NCBI RefSeq assembly: GCF_037042905.1
Contig: NC_087250.1
Location: 26,538,001-26,602,000, forward strand
From: Lytechinus pictus
Taxonomy: Eukaryota
Direction: 5' to 3'
DNA: 64,000 nt
Shown here: positions 42,185-54,096 of the stretch, in pieces
How positions within the stretch are numbered: the first letter of the stretch is position 1
Layout: each line of letters begins with the position of its first letter
Notes under the pieces: generated by a model
Seen by the model: only the letters and a program-made list of their open reading frames with translations
Told to the model about the DNA's origin: nothing
Databases searched by the model: none
Position numbers and translations under genes: made by a program

Positions 42185-42745
42185 CTTATAAGTTGAAACA
42201 CGAAAGGCGAGTTTAACTGGCTGTCAATCACAGACAGTTCCTTGTGTGTTTCCAAGAATCTTAGTTTTTTTCTTGCCAATTCTTCATTATTAAAACGGAA
42301 AAAAAGGAAATGTTGTTTGGGCATTACAAAGTTTTTATTACAAATTTTGGAAACGATCGCACTTTTTTTTGTATTAAGGACAACGTTCTCCTCCCACAGG
42401 AGAAAGAAAAACGAGAAAAAAAAATAAGAAAAACAAAACAGTATGATGATATTAATTTTTTATTAAAGTGTTCGCTTTTTCTTGCTTATTTCTTTTATAT
42501 CACAATACTCGTTCATAATCACCCTAAACGCTGTTTCGTCATATAAACTGTCTAGAAAACATGTACGTTGCCTTAACTAAATCAGATGTTGCTGTTGCTT
42601 TCCTAGAGTTGCAACGATGTTATATTTCCCCCTTGGGTATTTTTACCAGAGATGTATACATGTACATTTTCGATATTTCGATGTTCTTGTTACGACCGCT
42701 TATTCAAAGTTCTTTCTACCACACTACAAAAAAAAACCATAAAAC

Positions 42746-43018
42746 CTGCACTGGGGTCCTTGATGTTATAATCCCGAAATATCTTCGTCAGTTTATCTTC
42801 CCTCTCCGTGCTTTCTAAACGTTTGCCCCAACTGTGTACGAGTTGCCTTGCTAGTTTATTCATTGCTGCAGTGTTAGACGGAGCCATGTCCATGCGTAGA
42901 GCTTTACACAGATCCAACGCCAAAAACGTACTTTTTATGGGCAGAGCTACGTGGCATTGTTCTTCAATATTCGATGAGCCACCACAAAGGTCTACATCAT
43001 CTCCTTTGTCCTCATCAT
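42746..43018 (-). CDS. Divergent death-domain-like exon 3
   Basis: atcatag|DDEDKGDD...LALDLCKALRMD...LARQLVHSWGKRLESTEREDKLTKIFRDY...|GTTTT; phase 1-1, open. Confidence 0.65.
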
Positions 43019-43390
43019 CTATGATATTAATTGTTTAAATAAAATTATATAACATTATATCAAACACAGCGATGGGATCATTCATTAATCAGTTTTCATA
43101 TTATGTTCCACTCCTACATGTATCTCATGGTCTTTGTTAGTTAATTCTTCTTCATTTCATCCTTGGAAGTACAAGCTATGATAAGTATTCCACATGCTGA
43201 GTCACCCCCCCCCCCTCCTTTTTGACTGTCCCGCTCGTGTAAAAATAAGTGTAAGAATATGTCCAGATACCTGACTCTGCATGTGTGATGACTTCAAAGG
43301 CTTCTGGAACTTCACATTTCATTTTGTCTGTACTTTGTTCAGCTGAGGTAGTAGAACCAACTTCCAGTTCTTCTTCCTCGACATTTATAT

Positions 43391-43733
43391 TTATTTTATT
43401 TATTTATTTATTATTTATTCGGCACTTCAAACATATTTAAGATAATTTACAAAGCAATATCGAACATTACATAAAATGACATAAAAATCATACAGGTACG
43501 TGCAATATTTGATAGCAGTTTGTCCAGTGCATCAGTTGGTGGCCAGGGAAGAGGAGAGCAAACTTAATCACTGTGACCTAATGGTCCCTCCGCCCAACCA
43601 ACCGATGCACTGGATATACTGGTAAAATTTGCATGAAAATAATCGCATCAGAAAATGAATAGGGATTATCAAACTGAAAATGATTGCACTAAATGTAAAT
43701 GTAGATGTCCAATTTCAACTAAATGTTATATAT
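43391..43733 (-). mobile_element. 5'-truncated retroposon (LINE/SINE 3' end) inserted in a coding exon
   Basis: (TAAA)n-like tail at 43391-43420, internal stem 43523-43542 / 43594-43614, TATAT on both sides; removal restores the reading frame. Confidence 0.75.
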
Positions 43734-44444
43734 CTTCTTGCTCTTCTTCTTCTTCTCCCCCTTCTCCTCCTCCTCCTTCTTCTTCCTCGCCATATCCATC
43801 TTGTTCTTCATCTTCTTCTTTTTGTGTTCCATCTTCAGTTTCCCTCCCTGGTCTCTCACCTACACCAGTTTTAAATTTAACGGTATAGTCAAAATATGTA
43901 ATGTTATTATTTGCACTAACATCATTGCATTTTTTTTTAAGAGAGCAAACCCAGTTGCAATGGCCGTGCAAGGTGTGATATGATTTTCTCTTCATAAGGA
44001 AAATGCTGTCTGTGTCCATCAAATTCGACCCCTAAGGAAATATACATGAAATCTTGCGTGACAATTGAGAGATTTAGTATAACTCATCACCAATAAAAAA
44101 AAATCTTAGAAACATTCGTATTGCAGATGGCATGACTGAAAATCCAAAAGTAAAAATAATATCGTTTACATGTAATAGTTTTACCATAGAAATCGTTTAT
44201 CCATAATTTTTTTTGTAAATAGTTGATAATCTGTCCAGATTTTGGGTTGTTGTAGGCCTCGACCACGTCGACAATTATTTTCTTTTTAAGACAGAATATA
44301 TTATAAACTGATGCAAGCTGTTCAAATATAATAAATGTTCTAAATGTTGTTGTTTTCATTATAAATCAATCGTTTACAATTTTATTCAAAAATTATTCTT
44401 TAGACTTTGGCAGAGCTTTTTATCTTATAGCAATAAATGCTAAC

Positions 44445-44704
44445 CATTCCAGTCTTGTGCTATGGAAACATCTTTCACCGACTCCCAAACAATGTTTAAT
44501 GTCTCTTCAGCTTTATCGAATGATGTCTGGGATGCCTTCCAGCTCGAGAGCATTTGGATGTTAGCATCTTTTCTATTGAACAATGTCCGATGTTCGATGT
44601 GCTGTAACTCCGTTTTGTCAAATCCTAGTTTATCGCCGACCTCATAGAACTGCTCTGCGCTGATATGACGGGCGAATACCAGTAGTGTGGTGTCGGTAAT
44701 CTCT
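44445..44704 (-). CDS. Death domain exon 2 of the DD/ZU5 gene
   Basis: EITDTTLLVFARHISAEQFYEVGDKLGFDKTELQHIEHRTLFNRKDANIQMLSSWK; aligns by eye with DD1; not in the ORF track in this frame. Confidence 0.85.
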
Positions 44705-44990
44705 CTGTGTCAAAGGAGGGTTTTCATAATAAAGTTTTTTTGAAAATGAAAATCTGACTGGAATTAGCTTTGATGTAAAGGGTATTCTTTGATTTTTATG
44801 AACAAAGTAGATTGCCAATATTGGGAAAAACCTGAGCAGATAAATCAAAGGTTATCGAAAATGAATAGGTTAAAATTTAGGTTATTCCTGTTGTTATCTG
44901 TTAACCTAGCAGCGGCTTTTAGGCTTTTCTACTGTTTACTTAACAATTTGCATACAATAATACTGAATGACTGGAATCTTTTACTCATAA

Positions 44991-47142
44991 CCCTTTGCGT
45001 GCGGACCAGCGAAACCGGATACCTCTCTCTGCGGCGGAGCCGTTTTGGTACATTGCTGGTATTTGGATCTGTGGTGGTGTTTTTCTAAATATTTGCTAAT
45101 TGCGCCAAACTGAAGTATTTTCAGGATTTTTAGTAAATGTAAAGATGAAAGATCAGACATTTTTCTTTCTAGAAATGAAGGTTTCGCTTCTCAAATCAAC
45201 AGAATAGTTAAGAAATTCACTAGGAAATATTCGTGTTATTTTGTCAAATCTTCGCCTTTTCCCCAAGTCAATAGGCACTGTGTACAAAAATGCGTAAGGG
45301 TAATCAGCACGCGCGGACAGGTCGGGTTCGATCGATACCGCTTTGTTGTCTGCTCTAGCGCTTTTGTCATTGCCTATTGTCACGCTTCTCATGAATGGTC
45401 TCTTTAGCCCCTTGTATAGAGATCATTTGCAAAGTGTATAATTACGGCGATAATCCGTTTTGGGTGAAATCACAGAATACCAAATACCTTTATTTTCCAG
45501 AATGAATAAAAAATGGTAAATATTCCTTTGCAAGTACAATGATGATGCTGCGCAACGAAAGTCCGAAACTAATCTGTGATTTGTGGCTTCTGGGCTTCAA
45601 GACAGTGGCCTCAATGTTTCACTAAAAATCGCCTTTGGTTTCTTCTTTTCATGAATTATTGTTTGTAATAAAAATAATTTTGTTCCTGAAGATTGCATAT
45701 CAGTTTTCGATCTGTTTTCCTGTTGCAATCTCAAAGAGTGAAAGGGATAAATGTGACTCGAATAGTGGATCTGAAATCATACCTCCCAACGCTCTCCTCG
45801 TCTCGTTCTACGTTTCATTTTTTTCTATCTCCCTTTTCCCTCCAAAAATAACCATGCTACCGATTACTGTTCGTCACAATGAGAGAAAGTAAATTATTTC
45901 TATCTATTGAAATTGTAGCATCTAAATTAAAGATATTTTATTTTGTTCTTTCATTTTATTCATTTTTTAACCGTTCTGGGATTTTCACAACCGAAAACAA
46001 AAGTAATAAATAAATCATGAAAGATTTATATCCCCTTTTGTCTCTATCTTTTAATCGTTCAATCAAATAGTACAGAGGCGTATAATTTCCCTAAATGACT
46101 CTTCTTTCATCCTTATATGCATCATCACCCAGGGGAAGCACTTTTATGCAATATGAATCACAGACCAATGTCATAAGCACCTGTGTTGTCGGTATTTGAA
46201 ACATTTTTTCTTCTTTTATTTTAGATACGGTATGTTGGTCGAAAAAAAAGGTATTCATAAAAACTTTTTGTATTGCTAAGTACGAAGAGCATTCAATAGG
46301 TAATCCTGCCGATAAACATTAATCTTCCTTTTGTTCGGGGCGTTGACCATCTGTATCCTGCTCTTTTCGGAAGGAATTTGTTTGAGTGGCCGCCCAGACA
46401 TTCTTTTGTTTGGGTAGTGCCGATATCATGAACTACATGGACGTTTCCCTTTTGAAAAGAGCATAAGATAAATGGTGTGCTTAACTGCTTTCTTCTCTCT
46501 TTTTTTCAGAAAAGTAGACAAAAATAATGAGAAGATGGATGATGGGGAGGGAAAAAGTTCAAAAGTGCACCGAGATAAGCTCAAAGTACTAAGACATTAC
46601 AAGCCTTTTGTTTTTTCTGAAACTTTTTGTTTTTCTGAAAATACAATCGATCGATGAAACCAAGGAGATATCATTCTATCTAGAGTGATATCTCCTTGAT
46701 GAAACAAATAAGACGAGAATGGTGAATAAACGCGTAGCTTATTACGAGACGATCTTGCAGAAACGATTTTTTTTATCTATCACAACGATATGGATCAAAT
46801 CACCTGATCAGAACAAATCACGTGATCAGGTCTAGTGCGCGCGCGTACGTGCACGTCACAAAATTTTTCCTCCCCGTCTGACTCCAACGAAAAATTCGGG
46901 TAAATTTGAAATGATTTCCTATTTTGGGAATTTTTCCCCACGTAGCTGTATATTTGTTTCATTTGGTCATCGAAATAGGTTTATAAAGGAAATAGTGGCA
47001 GAGGTTCTAGTACATAACAATTACGAAAAAGCTGAAAAACTTCATCGAATTAAACCAAACAAATATCGGCTTCTGTAGAAGCCCGTCGTAGCTAAGTAAA
47101 TGACTCGCTGGGCTTCTGTGGAAGCCCGTCGCACGCAAAGGG
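44991..47142. mobile_element. Non-autonomous TIR element with piggyBac-like CCC..GGG ends
   Basis: 13-bp perfect TIR ccctttgcgtgcg / cgcacgcaaaggg; flanked by the direct repeat ctcataa. Confidence 0.65.
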
Positions 47143-47695
47143 CTCATAATTATACATTTGATATCCACTTTAAGTTGAATAGACGTTCAAGACAATAGGG
47201 ATAAATGTAAAGTGAGCATAAGCAAGTGCTAACTGGATCTTTACTGCCTATTTAGGCAAATGCAACCAACAACTTACTCAGTAGCTCTGATATCTTTGAA
47301 GGATGTTAAAACCAAGTCAAGCACCGGATGAGAAACAAACGAAAATGAAATTTATGTTAGAATGTAACATTGGAAGAGGATTATGAAGTACACATTACAT
47401 GAAAGTTTATTACAACACAGTTATTAAGGATGAGATAGTCAAAAACTGTTATTCTTGAAAAAATCGCGTCATGTTTCATATTAAAATCGTAATTTTCTTT
47501 CTTTTAACGGGATAATTTTTGCACAGAATTAGACCACGGTCTAAGTTAAACCGGAGTTCAGAAACCGGGCCTATGTATATATTTCTGCCTTTTTCAATTT
47601 CTCCCTTTTCCCATTCTTGAAAAAAATACAATACTGGAGCTTATCTAAGAATGATTCATTTTTGTATTCACTTTTTAATGAAATAACTTCAAGTG

Positions 47696-48103
47696 CAGTG
47701 CGTCCCAGAAAAAAAAAGAAAAGCGCTATTCAGTGTAAATATTTCTTACTATAATCATGAATTTGCTTCATGAAAGGTTCATGAATAGCAAAATATTCTT
47801 CTCTTCTTTCATTTGAGACCAATCTCAAAGTTCATAATGCATGCATGACTCAGTTAGAACAAGAGAAATGGTGCTACCAAATTTCCATTTGCGCAAAGAA
47901 ATTACGATCTTTTAAGGGAAATTTACTATCACTTCTTTCCAATGTTCTAACTCAGTCATTCGTGCATTATAAAAATTGAGACGGGTTTCAGATGAAAGAG
48001 GTGAAGCATATATTGGTATTGATGTACATCTCATGAGGCAAAATTAGTATCATGATGTCAAAGAGTTACACTGTTTTACAATCTCCTTTTCGGGGACGCA
48101 CTG
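47696..48103. mobile_element. Tc1/mariner-like palindromic MITE
   Basis: TIRs cagtgcgtccc / gggacgcactg; the internal halves are loosely inverted. Confidence 0.65.
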
Positions 48104-48182
48104 TATTTCAATTAAATCCTACGGTCTTTCTTCTCACACCAAGGCGGCTTTAATAGTTGTATATACAATTTGAAAGCAAAAC

Positions 48183-48469
48183 CTGAAAGATATATTTGTC
48201 CTGCTGATGAATCCAACGATTCCATGAGTAAGATAAGCTTGCTCTTTGCTTCATGAACAGTTGGTTGCCTCTCTCTCCATGTTAGAAGCATGTCATAGAT
48301 GGCCTGTTGTCTGTCCTTGAATCTCCTGTACTCAATGCAATCCAACTCAGCAATGGTGAAACCAAGAGCTATGCCCAAATCATAGAACTGGTTGACGGTC
48401 TTTGTTTGGGCTATTGTAAGGACATCAGCGTCTGACTGGAAATCACTATTCTTGGCTTCCTCCACTGCC
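48183..48469 (-). CDS. Death domain exon 1 of the DD/ZU5 gene
   Basis: SDADVLTIAQTKTVNQFYDLGIALGFTIAELDCIEYRRFKDRQQAIYDMLLTWRERQ; ctttgtag| ... |GTTTTG. Confidence 0.85.
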
Positions 48470-48561
48470 CTACAAAGTTGATACAAGTATTGTTGTACCG
48501 CTAAATATCCACATAAATCACTGTTAATGTAGCATGCCACTACTAATCTGGTGAAATCCCT

Positions 48562-48813
48562 TTAATAATATAATAAAATAAAAATTATTTAGGATTTTTA
48601 TAGCGCACGTATCCACCTTGCTAAGTGCTCAAGGCGCTCCTATATTACCCCGGCTATGCTAGTCTACCGATTCTGGTGCGCACAGCCTTTTGAGGAATTA
48701 CTTCCTGCCGGTACCCATGTCTTACTGAAGGAAAACACGCCATAGCTAGGATTCGAACCCACGACCCTCTGTGTGAAAGGCGAGAGTCAGAACCACTAGA
48801 CCACGACGCGCCC
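48562..48813 (-). mobile_element. tRNA-derived SINE; related partial copies at ~20400-20565 and ~39140-39365 (+)
   Basis: Minus strand gggcgcgtcgtggtctagtgg (A box) ... gggttcgaatcc (B box), followed by a body shared with the other copies and an AT-rich tail. Confidence 0.8.
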
Positions 48814-51800
48814 ATAATGGGATTGTTATACCCATAATGCATATTTTCCCCCTTTTAGCACTTATCTCTGAGTGTTTGGACAAAATATAATTTAGAGTTT
48901 TATTCAGGTATATTCCTTACAAAAAATGACCTGATCATTGTGATCTCATATTGAATAAAGCAAGATTATGAATTTTATGTCTTTCTCCTTAGTTTGCATT
49001 TCAAGCAAGTTCATTTTGTCTCCAAGTCCATGCATTTTATTTTCCAAACTCAATATCTACTTCCAACCTATGAATGAAAAACAAAGTCATTATGATGAAT
49101 CATGACACTTACCTATTAAATGATAGGGTTTCAGGAAGAAGGCAGTCAGGCCCACCTGGTAAAATGGTAGTTAGTTGGTTAATAAAATTTAAATGATAAA
49201 AAAAGGAAATTGAAGTCTATCGATTAAACATTAAGTCTAAAAAGAAAATGTACTTTGTCTTACTCCTAAAGGTTTATGCATTTCACCCGTTGCTCAGTAC
49301 TTAAAAGATTAATGAAAGTCTTGAAGTGAAAGATAGATAAAATAGATAAAATAATGATATTTCATATATTGAAGTATCGAATATGAATATACAATTTAGA
49401 AAACTATTGTTAATGGAATTTTTCATCTCCCCAATATTTCTTTTTCAGCTTTATTATCTTATCTTTCTTAAAGTCCGAAAGAACATAATTACGAGAAAAT
49501 TACTTGTGTATCTGATGACAAAGCTGATAGATTGTGACATCCCAAACTTTCCAGCCTGTGTTATCCTTATGGTGATTACTGTGAAGTGTTCATCGTCCCC
49601 ATTAGAAGGAATTGCAAATATTAAACTTTGACTCATCTTATTACGAATATCCTTCAGGGAAAGGACCTGTCACAAAGATATGAATAAGGATAAAATTATG
49701 AGCTTGCTGCTAGTTTTAAACTGGAATCAAGTGAAATATACAAAGTCATACAATTGCAAATTTTGCAGAATACACAATGAATTCATTTTCAATAATGAAA
49801 CCAAATATTTATAAAATAGCTTTACAACGTTTTGTTTACAGCAGTTCTTACACGCCCAATGCATAGCAGAGCTTTGACTGTTTCGAAGATAACGAGTTTG
49901 TTGAGTATTTTATGATATAGTAATGTTTATCCCTGTTATTTGATAAACTCTCCGTCCTTCATTGTAAATATTTATTATTATATCCCTTACTTAATATTGT
50001 GGATTTGAGAGTGTTCACAAGTAAAATGATTAGTTTTACGACAAAAAACAAAAAAAAAAACCAAAAAACGTTTACCATGAAATAGTTCATTTCCCTTGCT
50101 GACGTCACACATAGTCATTTTTTTCCCCGAGTAACCTTGATACATTTAATTTCGATCCCCACCCCCGCCCCTCGATTTGCGAACTGTGCGACGCAAAGCG
50201 GTATGGCTAACAGAGCTGCGACGCGAAGCAGTATAGCTAACAGAGGTAGATAGCTGACCGCGTACCGGTAGTCTCCACTGCATGCCACGGTAACGTTTCG
50301 GCGAGCTGCGTAGGGTATGTACTGATAAAGTGCGCTTGCTCTTGCAGTAACTGCCATATTTTGATCGAGAGTTTTGGGTCGCTTTATTCTCTAACTTCAT
50401 GCAGGGTAATTAATTTGTGAAGAAGCATAACAAGCCAACAAGGTGAGTCAGTTAAGATCCTATGTAACTATATTTAGCCGGCTAGTACGTCGTAATTTGG
50501 CGTGAATGAAACTGCAGCAGGAGCGCAGCGCAGCGTATCCGTCATTAACCGGAGACGGGTAGAAGCCGCTCACAGCCTACCCAGAAGCTGGTTAGCAATA
50601 GCTCATGCGTTAGGTCGAGACCGTCTGTTTTTGTTCTCCTTTTTTTTTCTTATGTCAGGACCATCAAACGGGTTAGCCTACAAGAGTTCTCACTTAAAGA
50701 AGGGATATAAAACAAACATATCACGCATTCCCTTCGAAAGCATACTGGGAATGATTGGTTTTCGGTTGGAATGGCAATATTAACATTTTAATAGTAATTG
50801 TAATAGTAATTGCCAGACCAGCCTCTGATAAATATTTCCTCACTATACTTTCTCAAAGCCTGATATATTTGTATAGTATCAGTCAATGGTAATTTTTTGT
50901 TAGCCAATATACCTCACGCAATATGAGTCGGCTAATAATTGATTAGAATCCATATCATCGTCTTATAAAACACAGTAATGAATAATTAATGGGTTGGGTG
51001 TTTCACAGAGACTCAAGAATGAGTAGTGCGCGTCCGCTTGGCATGATCTGACCAATGGGGTCATGCCTCTTATACCACAAACAACTAGGCATTTAAGCGC
51101 CACTCTAGGTCATACTTTAATCTTTGTGAAACACCCCCCCCCCTCCCCCGGGTCTGATAATACCTTTCTTTCATATTGCTTTTCCTCATGATAGCACGTC
51201 ACTTTTACGTCACCAGATTTGGTTTCAATTGTGAATGGAACAGAGCGATGCCCCTCTCTCAATGATTGTTGTTTTGTCTCCTCTTGTATATCCTATTAAA
51301 AATAAAAGCAATATAACCGTATAAATATATAACCAGATAAAACAACATAAATTTGAGATATGTTGAAGTCTGAATGATTCCTTTTCATAACTATAAATCA
51401 GGGGCGGATCCAGGATTTTCCAGGGGGGGGGGCGGCATACTTTCCCGAGCAAAAATATAATAAGCAAAAAAAACAAAATTCCACAGAAAATAAGGACACT
51501 TCGTTCATGAGAAAAGGTTTTCAACAAAACATAAGTGCATCTATGTACATTTCGTCCACGAAAAATAATTGACAAGCAAAAAGAAACAAGAAATCTCTTG
51601 ACTTTTAAAGGGGGGGGGGGTCATACTTCTGTTTTAACGGCATTTATACATTTAAAAAAAATCTTATTTTGCCTCTCAAAGGGGAGGGGGGCATGGGCCG
51701 GCTTTTTTCCTTAGTTGGTCCGGCAATGTTACTATCTTCCCTCGGGGTTCGCACCCCTCGGGAAAAATAGTAATTGCCGAATACCTCGGACAAAAATATT

Positions 51801-54096
51801 TCCACTATACTTTCTCAAACCCGGAATATTTTGTATAATAGATCGATATGCATTTTTTTTTTACAAATTATTAAGTTTTTAATTTCCCGTGTTCGCAATC
51901 GACAATTGTGTTACTAGTTCCATATACAGACAAGACCTATTAAACCAAGGCTACCAAGCTCATTGGTCTAACGTAAGTAAACGCAAAGTTCGCAATTAAA
52001 TAGTCCTAAATCAACCACGGCATTAGTCGGCATAAGGCATTAGACAGGTTCAAATTAATTTTGAGATGAAGTTGATGCTCGAGCCGATATGCTAGCCCTA
52101 GTCTAGCCTAGCACTTTGTCTTGTCACTTATCATGCTAATGGCACTTTGATCAGTGTTTACGAATCGGATAATTTGAGTGTGCAGATTAATTACATTCTT
52201 GGCAACGTTAACGTGAACGGCCATAATTGTCCATGGGCATGCGTACTCATGCGTAAGACGCAAGTCGTCAATATTCATATTCCCCACTTTTCTCTGGAGA
52301 ACGCGAGCACACATTTACGATTTTGGAAGAGACTTTTTGGCCCGTCGTAAATGACTGTCCTGCAATTTAAATTGTGTGACTCGAGGATTTTGTTTAGCTT
52401 TTGCATCTGCAGCAGAAACATCAATCTGCTGTTCGTGTGCAGAATACTAGTACTATAGTAACATCGAGATATTTAGGACGACTTTCCAGAGCCACATTTG
52501 GTTTCTCCCTGAGCTCGAGAGGCCGCCCGGGGGGCGAAATTATTTTTCCCACTGAGTTCTGGACCAACATATGAATATTCATGACTTGCGTCTTCGGATT
52601 AAGAGTACGCATGCGCGTGGACCGTGACGGTCGTAAGCATTCACGTTCAGTTGTTCAGAATTAATTAGCATCGTCAAATTACCGGTACCCTTACATAGTT
52701 ATATAGGCCTTACAGGCTTATATATATATATATATATCCAATTCTTAAACACTTATCAAACTAGCTGCCATTAATGGCAAGACATGTGCTAGGCTAGGGC
52801 TCGCTTAGGCTAGCGCATTAACTTTTCCTCAAATCTGGACTTGTCTAGTACTAATCAGTGTTGTAGTGCCTTGATGCTCGGCCTTGGCCTTAAGGCGCCT
52901 AAAGGCCTACTTTTTCAAAGCCTTGGCCTTGAGGATTTTGAGCCTTGAAATTTCAAGGCATTTTCAAGGCCTTTTCAAGGCATTTTGTATTTTGTACTTT
53001 CATTTGTTTTAAATAAGTAATTATAAATGTTTCAATTGTTTTGTTTAATATTTAATGACACTAATGGTCAATACTACCAGTCACCAGTAACATTAGCAGC
53101 AGCAGTAGTAAGTGTACTAGCAGTGTCATCAATTGTAATGGTCACCATTATTAAGAATTTTCAAACAAAGAATACATCAGTTACGAAAAATAGCATTATG
53201 TATTCGTAATGTGTTGTAATCATGATTAATTATGATAATGACAGTAAATAATAATGATCATGATCAACATAATAGTGCTTTGATGACAAGAATAAATTTG
53301 ACATCTGACTGCAATTTTGACAACAATTTTCATACTTTAAACATAGCTAACTCTAAAGAACGATAACAAGGTTGATTTCTATTCCATTAGGATTTTCCTT
53401 TTATTATTTTCTTTGGCCAACAAGAATGTTTTAAGTCTTAATGATATTCTGAAAAGATTTGGTAAACTTGAACACAGTCTTCAATTTTGTCATATCCAAA
53501 TGGGTTATGTCAATGGCATGATGAGCCAGACACTTTGAGGGGCCAAGCATGGCATATAGAGCAAAATTTCTGTCAAAAAAAGGAAGAAAGCGATTGAAGC
53601 GAGCGAGTGAACAAAATTTGTCCCCCTCTTTCTATAGGAAAGCTAATTTTGCGATAGATTGTTTAAAAAATAATATCACATTTACTTCTTTTTTTTCCTT
53701 TCCCTTCCCCCCCTTGTCTAAGTTTATTATTGGTGGTGGAACTTCTTCTTCTCTCTATCTCTTTTCTAAATTGTATATTTGTTTTGGGTCAGAATGACAA
53801 AACAAAGGGGAAAAAATGTTTACTTCTTTTTAATCATATATAATCTTTCAACAGTGAATTTCATTTCTCTACAGTGTCAAGGAAATAAACAACGTATTTG
53901 TTTTTGTGTCAATATGGTTTCAAGAAATAATAATTAATAAAAAATAATAATTGAATAATTAATAATTATTAATATTATCAATACGTATTAATAAGTAATG
54001 ATTGATTAACTATTTAAAGAAATAATTAAGATTTACCCTCTCCCAACTAAGGGTATGGGGTGCGCCCTGTTTATTTTATATCCTTTTGAATATAAC

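Larger units (their letters stand above)
37942..49666 (-). pseudogene. Multi-death-domain ZU5/UPA protein gene, [UPA tail]-DD-DD-acidic-DD-DD-ZU5-UPA-DD, disrupted
   Basis: Phase-compatible GT-AG exons (-): 49504-49666, 49113-49155, 48183-48469, 47278-47293, 44445-44704, 43951-44031, 43271-43859 (interrupted), 42746-43018, 41936-42184, 41515-41809 (frameshifted), 41201-41418, 40585-40722, 39434-39581, 38622-38649, 37942-38239. Death-fold patterns LG..LGF...L..I and ML..W; ZU5 pattern I.IPPGAIP...ITPVI.C...KP.TI.L. Premature stops at 43726-43728 and 41658-41660. Confidence 0.78.

Noticed and set aside
43085..43165. Extra acidic exon (NEEELTNKDHEIH) in the DD/ZU5 gene
   Set aside because: A TGA follows the only nearby acceptor, there is no phase-compatible donor, and the flanking exons join in frame without it.
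48735..48813. tRNA gene
   Set aside because: The A and B boxes continue into a SINE body found elsewhere in the window, and the acceptor stem is imperfect.
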